DNA of 64,000 bases from Hyaloraphidium curvatum SAG 235-1 (lineage: Eukaryota; Fungi; Monoblepharomycota). Positions 52,541-64,000 of the stretch are shown in pieces. The translations under genes and the position numbers were made by a program. The notes beneath the pieces were generated by a model, which did no database searches, was not told the DNA's origin, and saw only the letters and a program-made list of their open reading frames with translations. The stretch's first letter is position 1, and every line of letters starts with the position of its first letter. The stretch lies in NCBI GenBank assembly GCA_025558095.1, contig JAIVFI010000039.1, forward strand, positions 124,001 through 188,000, written 5' to 3'.

Positions 52541-53671
52541 TCAATTGAGGGATTTGAAGAGATTTGTGCCTTTCCGTCTCCAAGCCTCGGCCCATCCGTC
52601 CTGCAGCTCCGTCATCGCGAGCTCCACCGCCTCCCTTTCTTTCGGATACCTTGCGCCGCCCACGGCCGAATTCCGGGAAGCGAAGCCATTCCCCAGCCCA
52701 TCCCTGTTTCCAGATTCAAGCAGATACGCCACGGGCGGGAACCCGAGCGCCGTGACGTTGAGTTGTCTGGCTAGCAGGCGCTGCAGCGCTTCGGGATCAC
52801 AGCCGGCTTCGGGGCAGTCCAGGAGGAACCGGAGCCGCCGGTACGGTTCGCCGTCGGCCAAGAGCGAGAACATGCCGAGCATTTCCGGCGCCAGGGAGCG
52901 GGGAAAGACGACGTGCCGGTCGTTGATGCCGCCATAGTGCTCGGCGTCCTGCACAAACAGGGCGCTCCCGTCCGCCTCGTCGAGCAGGCCAAGGGGCGGG
53001 TGCGGGAAGGTCCACTGGAAGTCGGGTCGCGTCCTCACAATCTTCTGGTAGCGCCGGCCGGCGCTCCGCTCGCGCGCCTCGATGGCACGGAAGCACTCGC
53101 CATAGTTCAAGTAGTTGCCCAGCATCGACTGCCGGACGACAAGATCGCTGTTGACAAGCCGATTGCCCGACAAAAATGGCAGAAGGACATCTGCTGCCGG
53201 AAGCAGCTTCCCGAGTGCTTGGAGGTCGTGGCCGAAAGCATCCACGCGCATCGAAGCCAGCCCGGGGAGGCTTGCAAGGAGCCCGGCGACCTTCTTCCTA
53301 TAAGGCTCGTCGGCAACCATGACATAAGCAAACACGTCGACGCCCCAACGGCCGCGGCTGGAAGGCCAGTCCGCGACGAGGCCTCCAAGAAGATTGTGCA
53401 CGGTCGAGTTGAACGTCTCGTCGAAGCTGCGCGCCCCGCCGACGAGGCACACCGCGGCCCTCGGCGGGTCGAAGAGACGATCCGGATATTCCTTGGGCGC
53501 GGGCAGCGCGCTCGGCAGACTGTCGTTGCCGCTCACGTTCACAGCCAGGCTCGACGGCGGTTCGCGCGGTTCCGACACACAGGACCGCGATGTCCGAAGC
53601 AGCAGCACGGAAAACATCATTATGGCCAATGCAGTTACTGGAAGCAGCCAGAACAAGAGGCTCCCGCGCAT
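52541..53671 (-). CDS. Type II membrane protein, putative glycosyltransferase-like
   Basis: N-terminal TM anchor; motifs AVCLVGGARSF, RTRPD and YGGINDR. Confidence 0.65.
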   Translation of the reverse strand: MRGSLLFWLLPVTALAIMMFSVLLLRTSRSCVSEPREPPSSLAVNVSGNDSLPSALPAPKEYPDRLFDPPRAAVCLVGGARSFDETFNSTVHNLLGGLVADWPSSRGRWGVDVFAYVMVADEPYRKKVAGLLASLPGLASMRVDAFGHDLQALGKLLPAADVLLPFLSGNRLVNSDLVVRQSMLGNYLNYGECFRAIEARERSAGRRYQKIVRTRPDFQWTFPHPPLGLLDEADGSALFVQDAEHYGGINDRHVVFPRSLAPEMLGMFSLLADGEPYRRLRFLLDCPEAGCDPEALQRLLARQLNVTALGFPPVAYLLESGNRDGLGNGFASRNSAVGGARYPKEREAVELAMTELQDGWAEAWRRKGTNLFKSLN

Positions 53672-53811
53672 CCCTGTTACGCATCTGTGTGTTTGGGCCT
53701 CGAGTCCCTACACTCCCGGCAAGCGCATGAGGCCGGCGACGGGAGACAATCCCGACTTGACCCCGACTGCGTGACCCAATTGTGCCGCATCTTAAACGTT
53801 GAAGCTTAAGG

Positions 53812-54733
53812 ATGGCGAAGGACTTTGAGATCCCTGCGCCGGACGGCACGATCCTCAAGGCCAGCGCGTTTGAAAACCCCTCTGCTCCGCGTGCCATCTG
53901 CGTGATCGTGCACGGAATGGGCGAACATCGGAGGCGATACGAGCGCGTTGCCAACATTCTGGCGGAGAAGGGCATCGCAGTGGTCACGTACGACCAGCGG
54001 GGCCACGGAGAGACCGCCACCAAGCACGGGGACGTGAACGGGGGATGGCCGGCAATGATTGCCGATATCGACGTCGTCCGGAAGGCCGCACTCAAGAAAC
54101 TCAAAGTTGACGTGCCAGTGATCATTCTGGGGCACTCGATGGGATCCATGTCACTGCAGAGCTACCTGTTGGAGCACTCGAACGACGTTGCGGGGATCGC
54201 GCTCTCCGGGTCGACGGCGATCGACGTTATGGCCGCAAACAGGGTTCCGGGCCAGGCTCCTGACCTATCGGCGATGAACGCGCCCTTTGCCGGGCCGAAT
54301 TCGACGGGTTTCGAATGGCTATCGAGGGATCCTGCGGAGGTGGCCAAGTACGGTGGGTTTCCACGGGCCAAGAAGACGGTATTCCAGTGCTGACGAGGCG
54401 TTTTGTACAGTCGCTGACCCCGCCTGTGGCTTCGGCATTGATCTCGAAGCCAGCAACGGCCTCTTCGCCACCGGTGCTACGCTGGCCGACCCGGAACACC
54501 TCAAGCGCATCCGCCCGGATCTCCCCATCTTTATCTTTTCCGGGGACCGCGATCCGGTCGGAGGACCCGACGGTGCGTTCTTGGAGCTCATCGGCAAGCG
54601 GTACAAGGACGCGGGGATCTCGAAGACCAATGTGAAGCTGTACCCGGAAGGCCGCCACGAAATGTTCAACGAGACCAACCGCGACGAGGTCCATGCGGAC
54701 TTGCTGGCCTGGATCGACTCGGTGCTCGCTTGA
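53812..54733 (+). CDS. Alpha/beta hydrolase (monoacylglycerol lipase/lysophospholipase family), 2 exons
   Basis: Motifs HGMGEH, DQRGHG, GHSMG, WLSRD, GDRDPV and RHEMFNE. Intron about 54353-54410. Confidence 0.9.
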
Positions 54734-54865
54734 TGTGCTAATGTGAGGTGCAGATGTACCGGAGGAGACCCGGGCGCATAGAACGGGACGAGAAGTTGTT
54801 CCTCAACAATGCAAATGCAGAATCAACGAGCAATAGCTCCTCCTTTTCCCAGCCTCCACCGTGCG

Positions 54866-57758
54866 TCAGAGCCTCTCCAGGTGGTGCACCTCGACCCACC
54901 CGGCCTTGCCGTCCCTCCCCACGACCCACCACCAACCCCCGTCGTCCACAAACTCGACCCGCACCACGTCCCCCGCCCGCAGCACGAGCTCCGGTCCCTC
55001 GTGCGGGAACACGCACACGGCGTCGAATGGGCCCCCGTCCGTCGTCACGGGCGTCTCGGTAGGCGTCGACGCGACCGACGCGCTGCTCCCGACAACGGAG
55101 CTCACGCTGGCCGACCTCCCCGCCGCGATGCTTGGCAGCGACTCGCTCCGCCCCCCGTCCCCACCCGAGATGTTGCGCTTCCCTGAGCCCGACTTGGAGC
55201 CGAACAGCCAGCGCAGCGCGCCCTTCGATGCGTCGGGCCCCTTGAGCCCGTCGGGGGCGAATGTCCGAGCCTTCCACTCTCGCGCCGTCTCGAGGCCCTC
55301 GAAGAGCGCTTCGACCCTCCTGAATGATTCCTCCCAGCGCGCGCGTATGCCGTCGAAGGAATCCGCGGGTCCGGGCGACGCCGCAGCCAACGCTGCTGCC
55401 CAGCCGCGGAGAGCGTTGGCCTTGGCCGAGGCGAGGAGCACGGCGACGCGGTCCATCCAGCGGCAGGCGAGCAGGATGAACTTGGGGAGCTCCTCGACGA
55501 GCTGGGCGTTGAGCGCGACGTAAGCAGCCGCCGATTTCTCCAGCGCTTCGTCAACCTGCAAAGCAATGCAAGATCAACTGACAGCCATGAAGCGGGTGAG
55601 CACTGCAGCAACCCACTGGAGCGCCCTTGGCCTTGAGCTCCTTTGCCCTGTCGTAGTCGAGCCTCTTCTTCTCCCTCTTGCGCATCACCACCGTCGGCCT
55701 CGCGAACCACTCCAGCAGCCTCTCGAGCGCCGGCACCACCTCGGCCGCCACCGCCCTCTCGGCCTCCCTCCATCTGGTCGCCGCCTCGGCCTTGGCCGCC
55801 CTCGCCAGCTCCTCCGGCCACGTGCCCTTCTCCCCGCAGAGCGCGTACCAATCGGCCGCGCTCCCCGCGAACACCTCCAGCGCCTCCGCCGCGGCCTTCA
55901 GGGCGCCGGTCCACGCCCCGGCATCCTTCAACATGGTCCGCGCGTGCGCCTCCCTCGCCTCGAACGCGGCCCGGAGCGCCTCGTACCCCTGGTCCACCGT
56001 GCCGTCCGCCAGCCCCGTCGCCTGCCTGAGCTGCTGCGCCGTGCGCTGCAGGCTCTTGGAGGTCCAGTGCACGACGCTCCTGCCGCCCTCGGCGCGCGCC
56101 ACTTTCTCCGTGACCTCCTTGCGCCGCTTGAGCTCGTTGATCCGGCCCGCCGTGGCCTCGTACAGGGCGACGGCGGCAGGCACGCGCGGATCGGCGGGGG
56201 TGGCCTTGGCGAGGGCCGAGAGGAGGAGGGGAACGCGGAGGATGCGCTGGACGGGCTTGATGAGGAGGGAGAGGAGGTCCCACGCCGCGGTGCGGCCGGC
56301 GAGCTGCGATGATTGGTGCTGCCGCGGAAGTGGGGGTCAGCAGACGGTCGGGGCGGAACGGACGGGGTGCGGTCCCACCGCGATCCACTCCCTCGCCCTG
56401 GCCTCGTACTCCTCGTCCCGCGGCACTTTCGGGTCGCGGTCCTTTCCGGTGGGATCCATGATCTCCGCGAATCGGAGCAGCGCGCTCTCCTGGCGCTTGC
56501 AGTAGCCCGCGTAGGCGGCCTCGATGGCCGCGGCGCGCGCCCCGTCGCCGCCGACAAAGGCCTCCAGCACAGCGTCGGGCGAGTCGGCCTCGTACGAGGT
56601 GTCGAGGATATCCAGGACCGAGCGGGAGGCGGCGATCACGGCGTCCAGCTGGGAAAAGAGGGCGCGGGCGTCAGGTGGGGTGAGGGCGCCCGAGCGCGCG
56701 GGGCGGGCAAAGAGCTCGTCTAGCACGAGCATGTCCGAGTAGAAGGTGCGCTCCGTGTTGCGGATCTCCTCCAGGATGTGGATCCGCTTCTTGCGGAGCT
56801 TGGCCGAGTCCTTCGGGCCGTTTGCGGAGGGGTCGTCGCCCTCGGGAGGGAGCAGAGATGCGGAAGAGGAGCCCCGACTGTCCGCTGCCGTCGATTCGGC
56901 CGTGCCAGAGGCGAAAGAGGGCTGAGTGGAGAGGGAAGATGTCCGCTGGGGCAAAAGAGAGCTCGGAACGAGGGTCTGGGCGGCCTGCTGCGCTGCCACC
57001 GGTGGTGGAGCTCCGCGCCCGGGTTCGTCGCCGGGGACGATGTAGCCGTAGTCCGATCCCCGCGAGTCCATGGAGCCGTACCGGTCGACCGGCGTGCGCG
57101 ACGGCGGTTCCGAGGTCGCCGAGCCAAAGGACGGGTCCCTGCCGTAAGCAGTCTCGCCCGGATACGGCTCCCCATCATGGCCCTCCCCCGGGTAGGCCTC
57201 GCCCGGGTACAGCTCCGACACCGGTCTCGCAGCGTACGGTGCCGACGGCGCCGAGGCCGGCAACGAGGGCGGCAGCGAGGTGGCCGACGAGGCCATGGAC
57301 GGCGGCACCAGCGGCGCGAGGTTCAGCTTGGCGATGTGGTCCACGATATTCGACCCCCCGTCCGCGGGGCCCCCGTTTGCCGCGTCGTGCGAAAAGTGGC
57401 TGCTGTCCCGTGCGCCGTCGTTTGTCCGCAACGATTCGGGCTTTGGCGGCGGCCGCGGCGGCGGTCTCCTCGGTTTGGCCGGCGCGTCGCCCCCAAAGTC
57501 GACGCCCGAGCTGCGCAGCCCCGACGAGACTGACGGCGCGCGCGACAGCTCCGACCGTGCGGAAGTCGACGCGGTGCGGTCGAGGCCGCTGCCGTATCGG
57601 CGAGCCGCGACGCTTCCCGTCGACGCGGCGCGCGACGGCCCGCCTCCCCCGCCCGCCGCCTCGGCCTTTTCCTCGAAGAGCATCGACAGCCGCGCGACGT
57701 TGCCGCCGCTGAGCGGCCGGCGCGTGCCCGCTGGAGGCACGCCCGGGTCGGACGCCAT
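54866..57758 (-). CDS. RhoGEF (DH)-BAR-SH3 protein (Tuba/Gef1-like), 3 exons
   Basis: DH motifs LEEIRNTERTF and LLIKPVQRILR; BAR KREKKRLDYDR...LNAQLVEELP; SH3 ELVLRAGDVV...WW...GWV. Confidence 0.85.
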
Positions 57759-57858
57759 TTCCGGAGCTGGCAGTGGGCGGACTTTCGGGAGGACGCTGGT
57801 CCCGCGCGAGGCGCAAAGCGGTACTCGACCTCACGATGTACTGCACGGAAGTACACTG

Positions 57859-58868
57859 CTAGAAATCGATCGCGCCGAACTTGCCCGACTGGTAGTCCAT
57901 GACGGCCCTGGAGGTCATTGAAGGTCAGACCGGAATACTCGGCCCAGTCCACGGCAAGCAACCCACTGCATGATCTGGTCCCGCGTGGTCATCACGAACG
58001 GGCCGTACCGGGCGACCGGCTCCTTCAAAGGCTTGCCCCCCAGCAGCAGCAGCATGAGGTCCTCCTTGGCGTCCACAGGGTTCTCAAACTCGACCACCTC
58101 CGGCTCGCCCTCCTCCGACGGCCCGGGCACGAAAAACACCGTGTCCATCTCCCCCACGTCCCGATCCTTGCCCGAGCCCTCGGGCCCGTACACCCGCGCC
58201 CGGCCGTGCGCAACGTAGGCAAAGAGGTTGAATCCGTCAGTCGGGCGCCCGCCCCACGCCGCCGCCTCGGGGATCTGCCACGACACGCGTCCGCCCGGCT
58301 TGACGATGTAGTGGTTGTACCAGACGGGCGTGTCCGGCTCGATCCGGGACCGCACGCCGTACGAGTCACCGACGATCACCTTGACCGTCGCCTTCCCGTC
58401 GGTCCCGGGCACCTCGACCACAGGCAGCCCCTCTGGAGGCGTGTCCTGATAGCGTGGGGTCTGCATCTTGTCCTTTGCCGGCAGGTTGATCCACAGCTGA
58501 AAACCCTCGGCTCGCCCACCCTCCTCCATGAACTTCTTCGTGGGCATCTCCGAGTGCAGAACTCCCGAGCCCGTCGTGAGCCATTGCACCCAGCCGGGGC
58601 CGAGCACCCCGTGGTTCCCCGCTGAATCCTTGTGCTCGTTCTCCCCGTGCACGATGTGCGTTAGCGTCACGAACCCGCGGTGGGGATGGGTCGGCGCGCC
58701 GACGGCCTTGCCGGGCTCGACGACGCGGTCGGGGAGGTGGTCCAGGAGGAGGAACGGGTCGTAGTGCTGTAGCTGCCCCGTCGGGAAAGGACGGCGCACG
58801 GTGAAGCCGGCGCCCTCGACGGTTTCGCTCGCGCGGAGGACGTAGTTGACGGCGCGGCGGGCGGCCAT
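57859..58868 (-). CDS. Pirin family cupin, 2 exons
   Basis: Motifs DPFLLLDH, HPHRGF, GVLHSEMP, QLWINLP and YGPFVM. The last exon encodes AVMDYQSGKFG. Confidence 0.92.
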
Positions 58869-59103
58869 CGTGAACTGGAAGGGGGCGCCGAGAGCGGTCC
58901 TCGTGGGATTAAGAAGGACGAGTGCCGTCGAAGAGGCTGAGGCCGCCTCCGGCTCTTTATGTCCGCTGCTTCGGGGTTTCGCGATGCGGCTCCGATTTTC
59001 CGGCAGACGACGACGGCTCCAGCCAAACAATCGATCGGGTCCACAGTGGATCAAGCTGTACACGACGAAGATGCGATATCGGGAAAAAGATCTAGTACAT
59101 CGT

Positions 59104-59666
59104 TTACTTCTTCAGCTCCTCCGGCAGCGCATCGGCGATCGTGGCGTTCGGCAGCGGGTCGTCTGCCTTCGGAGCCTGATCGGAGGCAAGAACACGTCAG
59201 GAACTCCATTCATCATCGGCGATGTCCTTCGATGCCCACCTCGGCAAGCATCTTCTCCTTCTCGAACTCCTCCAGGCTCTTGACCTGCCGTCCGAACGCG
59301 CGATCAGTTCCTGATCACCTCAGTGCCCGCCCCGGAACCCAAGCCCAACCTGCACCCTCGGCTCGCGCGGCGGCCCGACGCTGGCGTTCTCGGCGGCCTC
59401 GATGGGGTTGCCCTCGAGCTCGTCGGTCTCGGTGCCCCAGTTGTGCGCGCCGCCGCCCTGCTTCTTCACGGAGCCGCGGGGGTCGCCCATGCCACTCCTG
59501 GCCGCGGCAGCGCGATGTTATGAGGTGGAGAAATGCGGCAAGGGCGGATGGAAGGTGGTAAATGGGGCATGAGGCAATGAACGGCGGGGCGAGAGACGCA
59601 CTTGTTCTCGTGGCGGTCGTGCTTCACCTCCTGCGGGCCGTGTCCGGAGTTGTGCGAGCGGGTCAT
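59104..59666 (-). CDS. Small HABP4/PAI-RBP1 (Stf2/Tma10-like) RNA-binding protein, 4 exons
   Basis: MTRS..DRH, KKQGGGAHNWG and KSLEEF across short exons. Confidence 0.75.
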
Positions 59667-60059
59667 GTTGCTTTAGTAGGCAGTCGTTGGCGAGCGAAGC
59701 GGTTGGAGCGGCGGGATGCGGGTTTCGGGCACGATGTCGCGGTCCGGAAGTCCCAAGGAGCGCGAACGGAACGGGTCCGCGGAGCAAAGCGTAGGACTCG
59801 GTGAGCGTCCTCTGCCAGCGAAGTCGGAGTGCTGCATCTTCCAGTCACCTTTGGCGGAGAGAGAGGGGCTGCGCTTATTGCAAGACGCGCGACTTCGAGG
59901 TTCTGCTTTTGTTGAAAGGGTGACTCAGTGCGCCGACTCCCATCCAGCGCCGACAACCCTCGCGCGGACCAACAAGGAAGACCCAATTGCGCTGATGTGA
60001 ACAGTACGTAGATGCAATTAAGTGACATGGCACATTTTGATGTTGATGGATAGTTTTTT

Positions 60060-63000
60060 TCAGCGGGCCCCGATCCTCTTCATCGCCTCGACCGACGCGG
60101 TGCTGCAGGTCGAGCAGATCGGCCCTCCGGTGTTCGCCTGCGACGTGACATGCGCCGCGTAGCCCCAGATCTCGACTTGAACGCCCCACACGCCCGTCCA
60201 GTCCCACTGCTGCTGCGAGGTGGGATCCGCGCGCACGTCGAAGCGCGCAAAAGGCGTTGGTACGTAATAAGCCGCCGAGGCGTCGTCGGTCAGGGCGCCC
60301 GGGGTCGTCACGGCCCAGTTGTTGGTGGGCTGCACGCCGATGGCGAACTGATAGGGTGTGGCCAGGAAGGACTTCACGTAGCGGGTGCCGCCCGAAGAAA
60401 GGAGGTTCTCGAAGGCGCCCGAGGGGGTCACCAGCAGCTGCAGCGTCGGGTGGATGCCCGGGGGCGTAAACCCGGTAGGTTTTATGCCATATGGCTTCAG
60501 GTTGAGCTGGAACATGTGCACGTTGTTCCACGAGGAGCTGAAGAGGTAGGAGACGTACTCGTCCGAAAGATCGCTCAGGTCGAGGACCGCCCGCCCGGAG
60601 GAGGACAGGTTGCCGACGAATCCGGGGTCGGTGGCGATCCACGAGGTGTTGCACAGGCATTGCGAGATCTGGAAGACCTGGTTCAGCCCCGTGAGGGCGG
60701 CGTTGGCCGCTGCGGTAAAGTCGGCCGCGGAGGAGGAAGGGTCCGGCATGACGGCAGGGCACGGCTGCGTATGCGCGTACTCGAAGGCCGCGCAGGCCTG
60801 GTGCACGAGGTCCAGGGCGCGCATCTTGCGGTCCAGCAGCGACAGCGAGGTCTCCGTCACGGCCGCGCCGAGGGCGATCTCCTGTCCAGCGATCGATGCC
60901 ACCATGTCGGCGATCTTGGCCCGCTGTGCGATGGCCGACTGCAACTTGACGCCGCTCTGCACCAGCTTGTTCTGCGCGGCCAGGAGCTGGATCTGCAGGT
61001 TGACCATGTCCAGGCCGGCGTCGGCCAGGGCGGCCAGAGCGGCGGCGTAATCGTTCGCGCCGGAGATGCCTTGGTTGATGGCGGGACCGAGGTAGATCGT
61101 CGCTTGGTCGTGCAGGATCTGGAAGCTCAGGGCAGACTGGGTCAGGGAGGCAAGGTCCGAGGTGTTGGCGGCCGCGGCAACGCCTCCCGCGGGCATGTCG
61201 ATGGAGGGCGACGTGGGCAGTGATTCGATCTGGTTGACCAGGGGGATGAGCTGGTTGACGAGTGAGTCGATGTTGTAGATCATCGTCGCGATGGTGTTGA
61301 TCAGGGCCGCGAACTTGTCCACGTCCTGGATGATGTTCTTGAGCTGGCTGATCTTGCCGCCCAAGCCCGCAAAGACCTGCGTGGCGCCGGCGCCCTCAGT
61401 TGCCACAGCCGTGAGGATATCCAGTATAAACTCGACGCAGATCTCGGCGATCTCGGCCGACAGGGCGGCCTTGACGCCGTCCGCAAAGGTGCTCGCCGAT
61501 GAGTTTGAGGCGGCGTACTTTTCGGCGTAAGTCGCGTTCATCTGATCAAAGGCGGTCTGCAGCTCGTTGACGTGGTTCAGGTCGCCCTGCACCTCGGTCA
61601 CCGTGGCGGCCACGACCTGGTCCATCATGGCCAGCGTCGCGTTCAGGTTGGCCGCCGCGGCCGCCAGCGTGGCGCCCTCCTGCTGGGCCGCGGCCAGGGA
61701 GGCCTCGATCGCCTGCATCGCCGAAAGCTCGTTGCCAGCCGACTGCGATATGACGTCCGCGGAGAGGAAGGGCACTGCCTGAGTGTAGGCGGCCTTGCGG
61801 GCGATGCGAAGGTCCGCAAGCACGGTCGCGGCGCGCACGGCATAGGGGTCTGAGGCGTCGAGGTGAGGGGCGGCGTCGGCGAGGAAGGCCTGGGCGTCCG
61901 AGTAGCGCTCCGCCGAGACCATCTCGTCGGCGCACGAGGCAATCATCCGCGCCAGGAGGGGATCCGCGGAGCCGAAGGCCGACGGGGAGGCGGTGGCGGG
62001 GTTGCGCACGATGGTGCCCGACATGAATCCGGGCAAAATCGGGACGCCGCCGCCCACACCCGGGGGCAAGGGGCAGGTGGCCTTCTTGAGCGACGCCGGG
62101 GTGAGGGTGCCGTTGGCGACGAGGTCCAGCAGAGCTCCGTAAGTGATGTCAATAGGCGGCGGGGGCGTGCAATCGGTGGTGGTGCAGGCGAGACCCGTCG
62201 CGTAAATGTACTCTCCGATGTAGGCCTGAGCAGGGTAGATCGGCAGGTCGATGCGCCAATCCGCCGTGGCAAACACGCCCGCGGCGGAGCTGACGTTGGT
62301 GGCCCGCGAGCCGGGGTTCCCCTCGCGGTCCGCGAATGCGCCGATCCTATAGGTCGCCGATCCGAAGGTATCGGGTTTGGCCACGGCGCTCTTTGCGAAC
62401 CTGTCCTGGATCCAGTGGACCACGGCCGGGTACGTGAACCTGTCGGTGTTGATCGCAAAGGCGGCGGCCGAGTTCTGCCGGGCTGCCGGCCCCAGCGCTC
62501 CGCTGAAGTAATCCGTGAGCCTGAAGTTGCCACTGATGCCGTAGCAGTTGCCATTGTCGACGTTCACCACTGCAGTGCCGAGGCACTGGTGCTGCCCGGT
62601 GGTGCAGACGGGGTTGAAGACGTTTGGATCGTCGGTGCAGTTGTAGGAGTATGCCGTACGCCAGTCCCACGTATAGCCCAAGCTGGAGCATCCGCCCGCA
62701 GCATCCGGGTTGATGGGAGCAATGAACGTGTCGCGGTCAGCAAAATCGCACGATTCGGGGTTAGCGGTGCAGTCGACCACTAAGTGCATTCCCGGGTAAG
62801 AGGGATGCGCGACGGGACCAGAAAGTGCACCCACTTTGGAGGGGGAAATCCACCGACTTGGGCTCCAGGGTTGCCGGCAGCCCGTTCTGGGTGATCTTGA
62901 GCACGCCGTACACGTTGGCGGCCTTGACGACCACGTCGGGACCGAAATGGCCCGAGGCATCGGGGCCGAGCGAGACCACGTCGACGGTTGAGTTGTCGCT

Positions 63001-63935
63001 CATGATGTTGACGGCCCTGACAGAGAATGCGGTGTAGCCCTTGTTGGATCCGGCGATGCGGTACCGCTGGTTCGATCCAAAGTCGACGTTCACTGCGGTG
63101 ATATGCAGGCCCGAGAGCGTGTCCAGGTTGTAGGCGCCCCCGGTCGAGGAGCGGACGATGCCGTCCAGATCGGCGAAGGCGAGGTCGACGAAGGTCAGGG
63201 AGATGTTGGCGGTCGGGGTGCCGGCGCGGGCGACCCATGCGGCCCCGGCGGCCCCGGCGGCGGCCACGCCGGCGCTGTACTTGGGACACTTGGCTGCCGC
63301 GAAAGTCGACGGGCTGCGCAGGACGAGGGTGCTGCCCGCGGGCGGCTGCACCGCCTTTGTGGGGGCGTTGACCGAGGCGGAGCGGCAGGAGTACGAGGCG
63401 CGCACGAGCTTCGAGGTTCCCGGGCACGGGTCGCCGAAGAGGGCGGTGTAGTCGACGGAGCTGGGCAGCGCGCACGACGGGTTGCCGTCGCACAGCTGTG
63501 CGGCGCGCAGTGTGGCCGCGGCGCCGGCGGCGGGCGACAACGAGCAGGAGGAGCTGGCGTCAGGAGTGGTGTTCGGACATGAGGACGGGATGCCGGCGTC
63601 CTGTGCGACATCGCGACCGACTGGACGAAGGGGAAAGGAGATGAGAAGCCGCGGACGGATCGGCAATGCCTGCGCCCACCGAAAAGCGACTCGACGGACA
63701 GCACGAAGCCCGCGGGGCAGCTCAGCTGGGTTGCGTTGGAGCCGCAGGCCCATGCCGAGAGGCCGACCTGCGCGACGGGCGTAGGTGGCTGCGAGGCCCG
63801 CGGCGGGGCGGCCACCCGCACGCCGCCGCGGAGCGGGCCGGCGTGGAACACCGGGAGCGCCGCGGCGGGCGGCGGCAGGAAAGCGCCGGTGAGGGCGAGC
63901 GCAGAGAGGAGCCAGGCGTTGAATGTGCGGCCCAT
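60060..63935 (-). CDS. Large secreted protein: signal peptide, SUEL/rhamnose-binding lectin domain, beta-rich region, long coiled-coil with hydrophobic hairpin, and C-terminal beta domain (toxin-like)
   Basis: Signal peptide MGRTFNAWLLSALALTGAFL. SUEL motifs LSCPAG, CDGNPSC and FGDPCPGTSKLV..SYSC. Helical region about 60800-61950. Introns near 63620-63690 and 62789-62840. Confidence 0.75.
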
Positions 63936-64000
63936 TTGGGGAGGGTATGAGGGTATGCTGGGTATTGCTCCGAGGTTTGGTGAGGTCTTGACCGGCCGGC

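Noticed and set aside
1516-59729. Recurrent 11-mer GCGGGTTTCGG in non-coding DNA (1516, 17288, 59718)
   Set aside because: It was picked after the fact from only three hits in GC-rich DNA, in inconsistent positions relative to genes.
1-64000. Many long overlapping or antisense ORFs rich in Arg/Pro/Gly/Ala (for example 7407-9065, 10442-12040, 26366-27955)
   Set aside because: These are expected shadows of high-GC coding sequence. They have no motifs, and a better frame explains each locus.
1-64000. CRISPR arrays, rRNA/tRNA genes, transposases, prokaryotic operons
   Set aside because: No regularly spaced repeats, RNA gene structures, terminal repeats or transposase/RT motifs were seen. Spliceosomal introns show the DNA is eukaryotic.

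Overview
This is gene-dense, very GC-rich eukaryotic DNA with many short GT-AG introns (about 40-120 nt, CTGAC-like branch points). The gene content is fungal (GET1, COA4, Rpr2/Snm1, THUMP, DUF4449/5923-like, hybrid histidine kinase). The best fit is an early-diverging, chytrid or monoblepharid-type fungus; this is inference only. About 35 genes can be read, many of them bacterial-looking catabolic enzymes that carry introns. The main unexplained signal is a locally expanded family of five paralogous membrane proteins (3800-5414, 10454-11995, 22069-22854, 23091-24545, 24651-26155). They have seven predicted TM helices, short outer and long inner loops, and a C-terminal 'RF(L/M)GFxVxxxxxRxxxxTxxTxxxGLW' segment. 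That layout matches the insect odorant/gustatory receptor and plant DUF3537 7TM ion-channel (7TMIC) superfamily rather than GPCRs. The copies span birth-and-death states: two intact, one with a single TGA at a conserved Trp, one in-frame mini-receptor and one frameshifted pseudogene. Other notable items are a signal-peptide-bearing protein kinase, a secreted SUEL-lectin/coiled-coil toxin-like protein, a C2H2 zinc-finger gene split by one in-frame TAG, a ~2.9 kb tandem duplication with very uneven divergence, and recurring C-rich/G-rich skew blocks along genes. All family calls come from motif recognition by eye; no searches were run.
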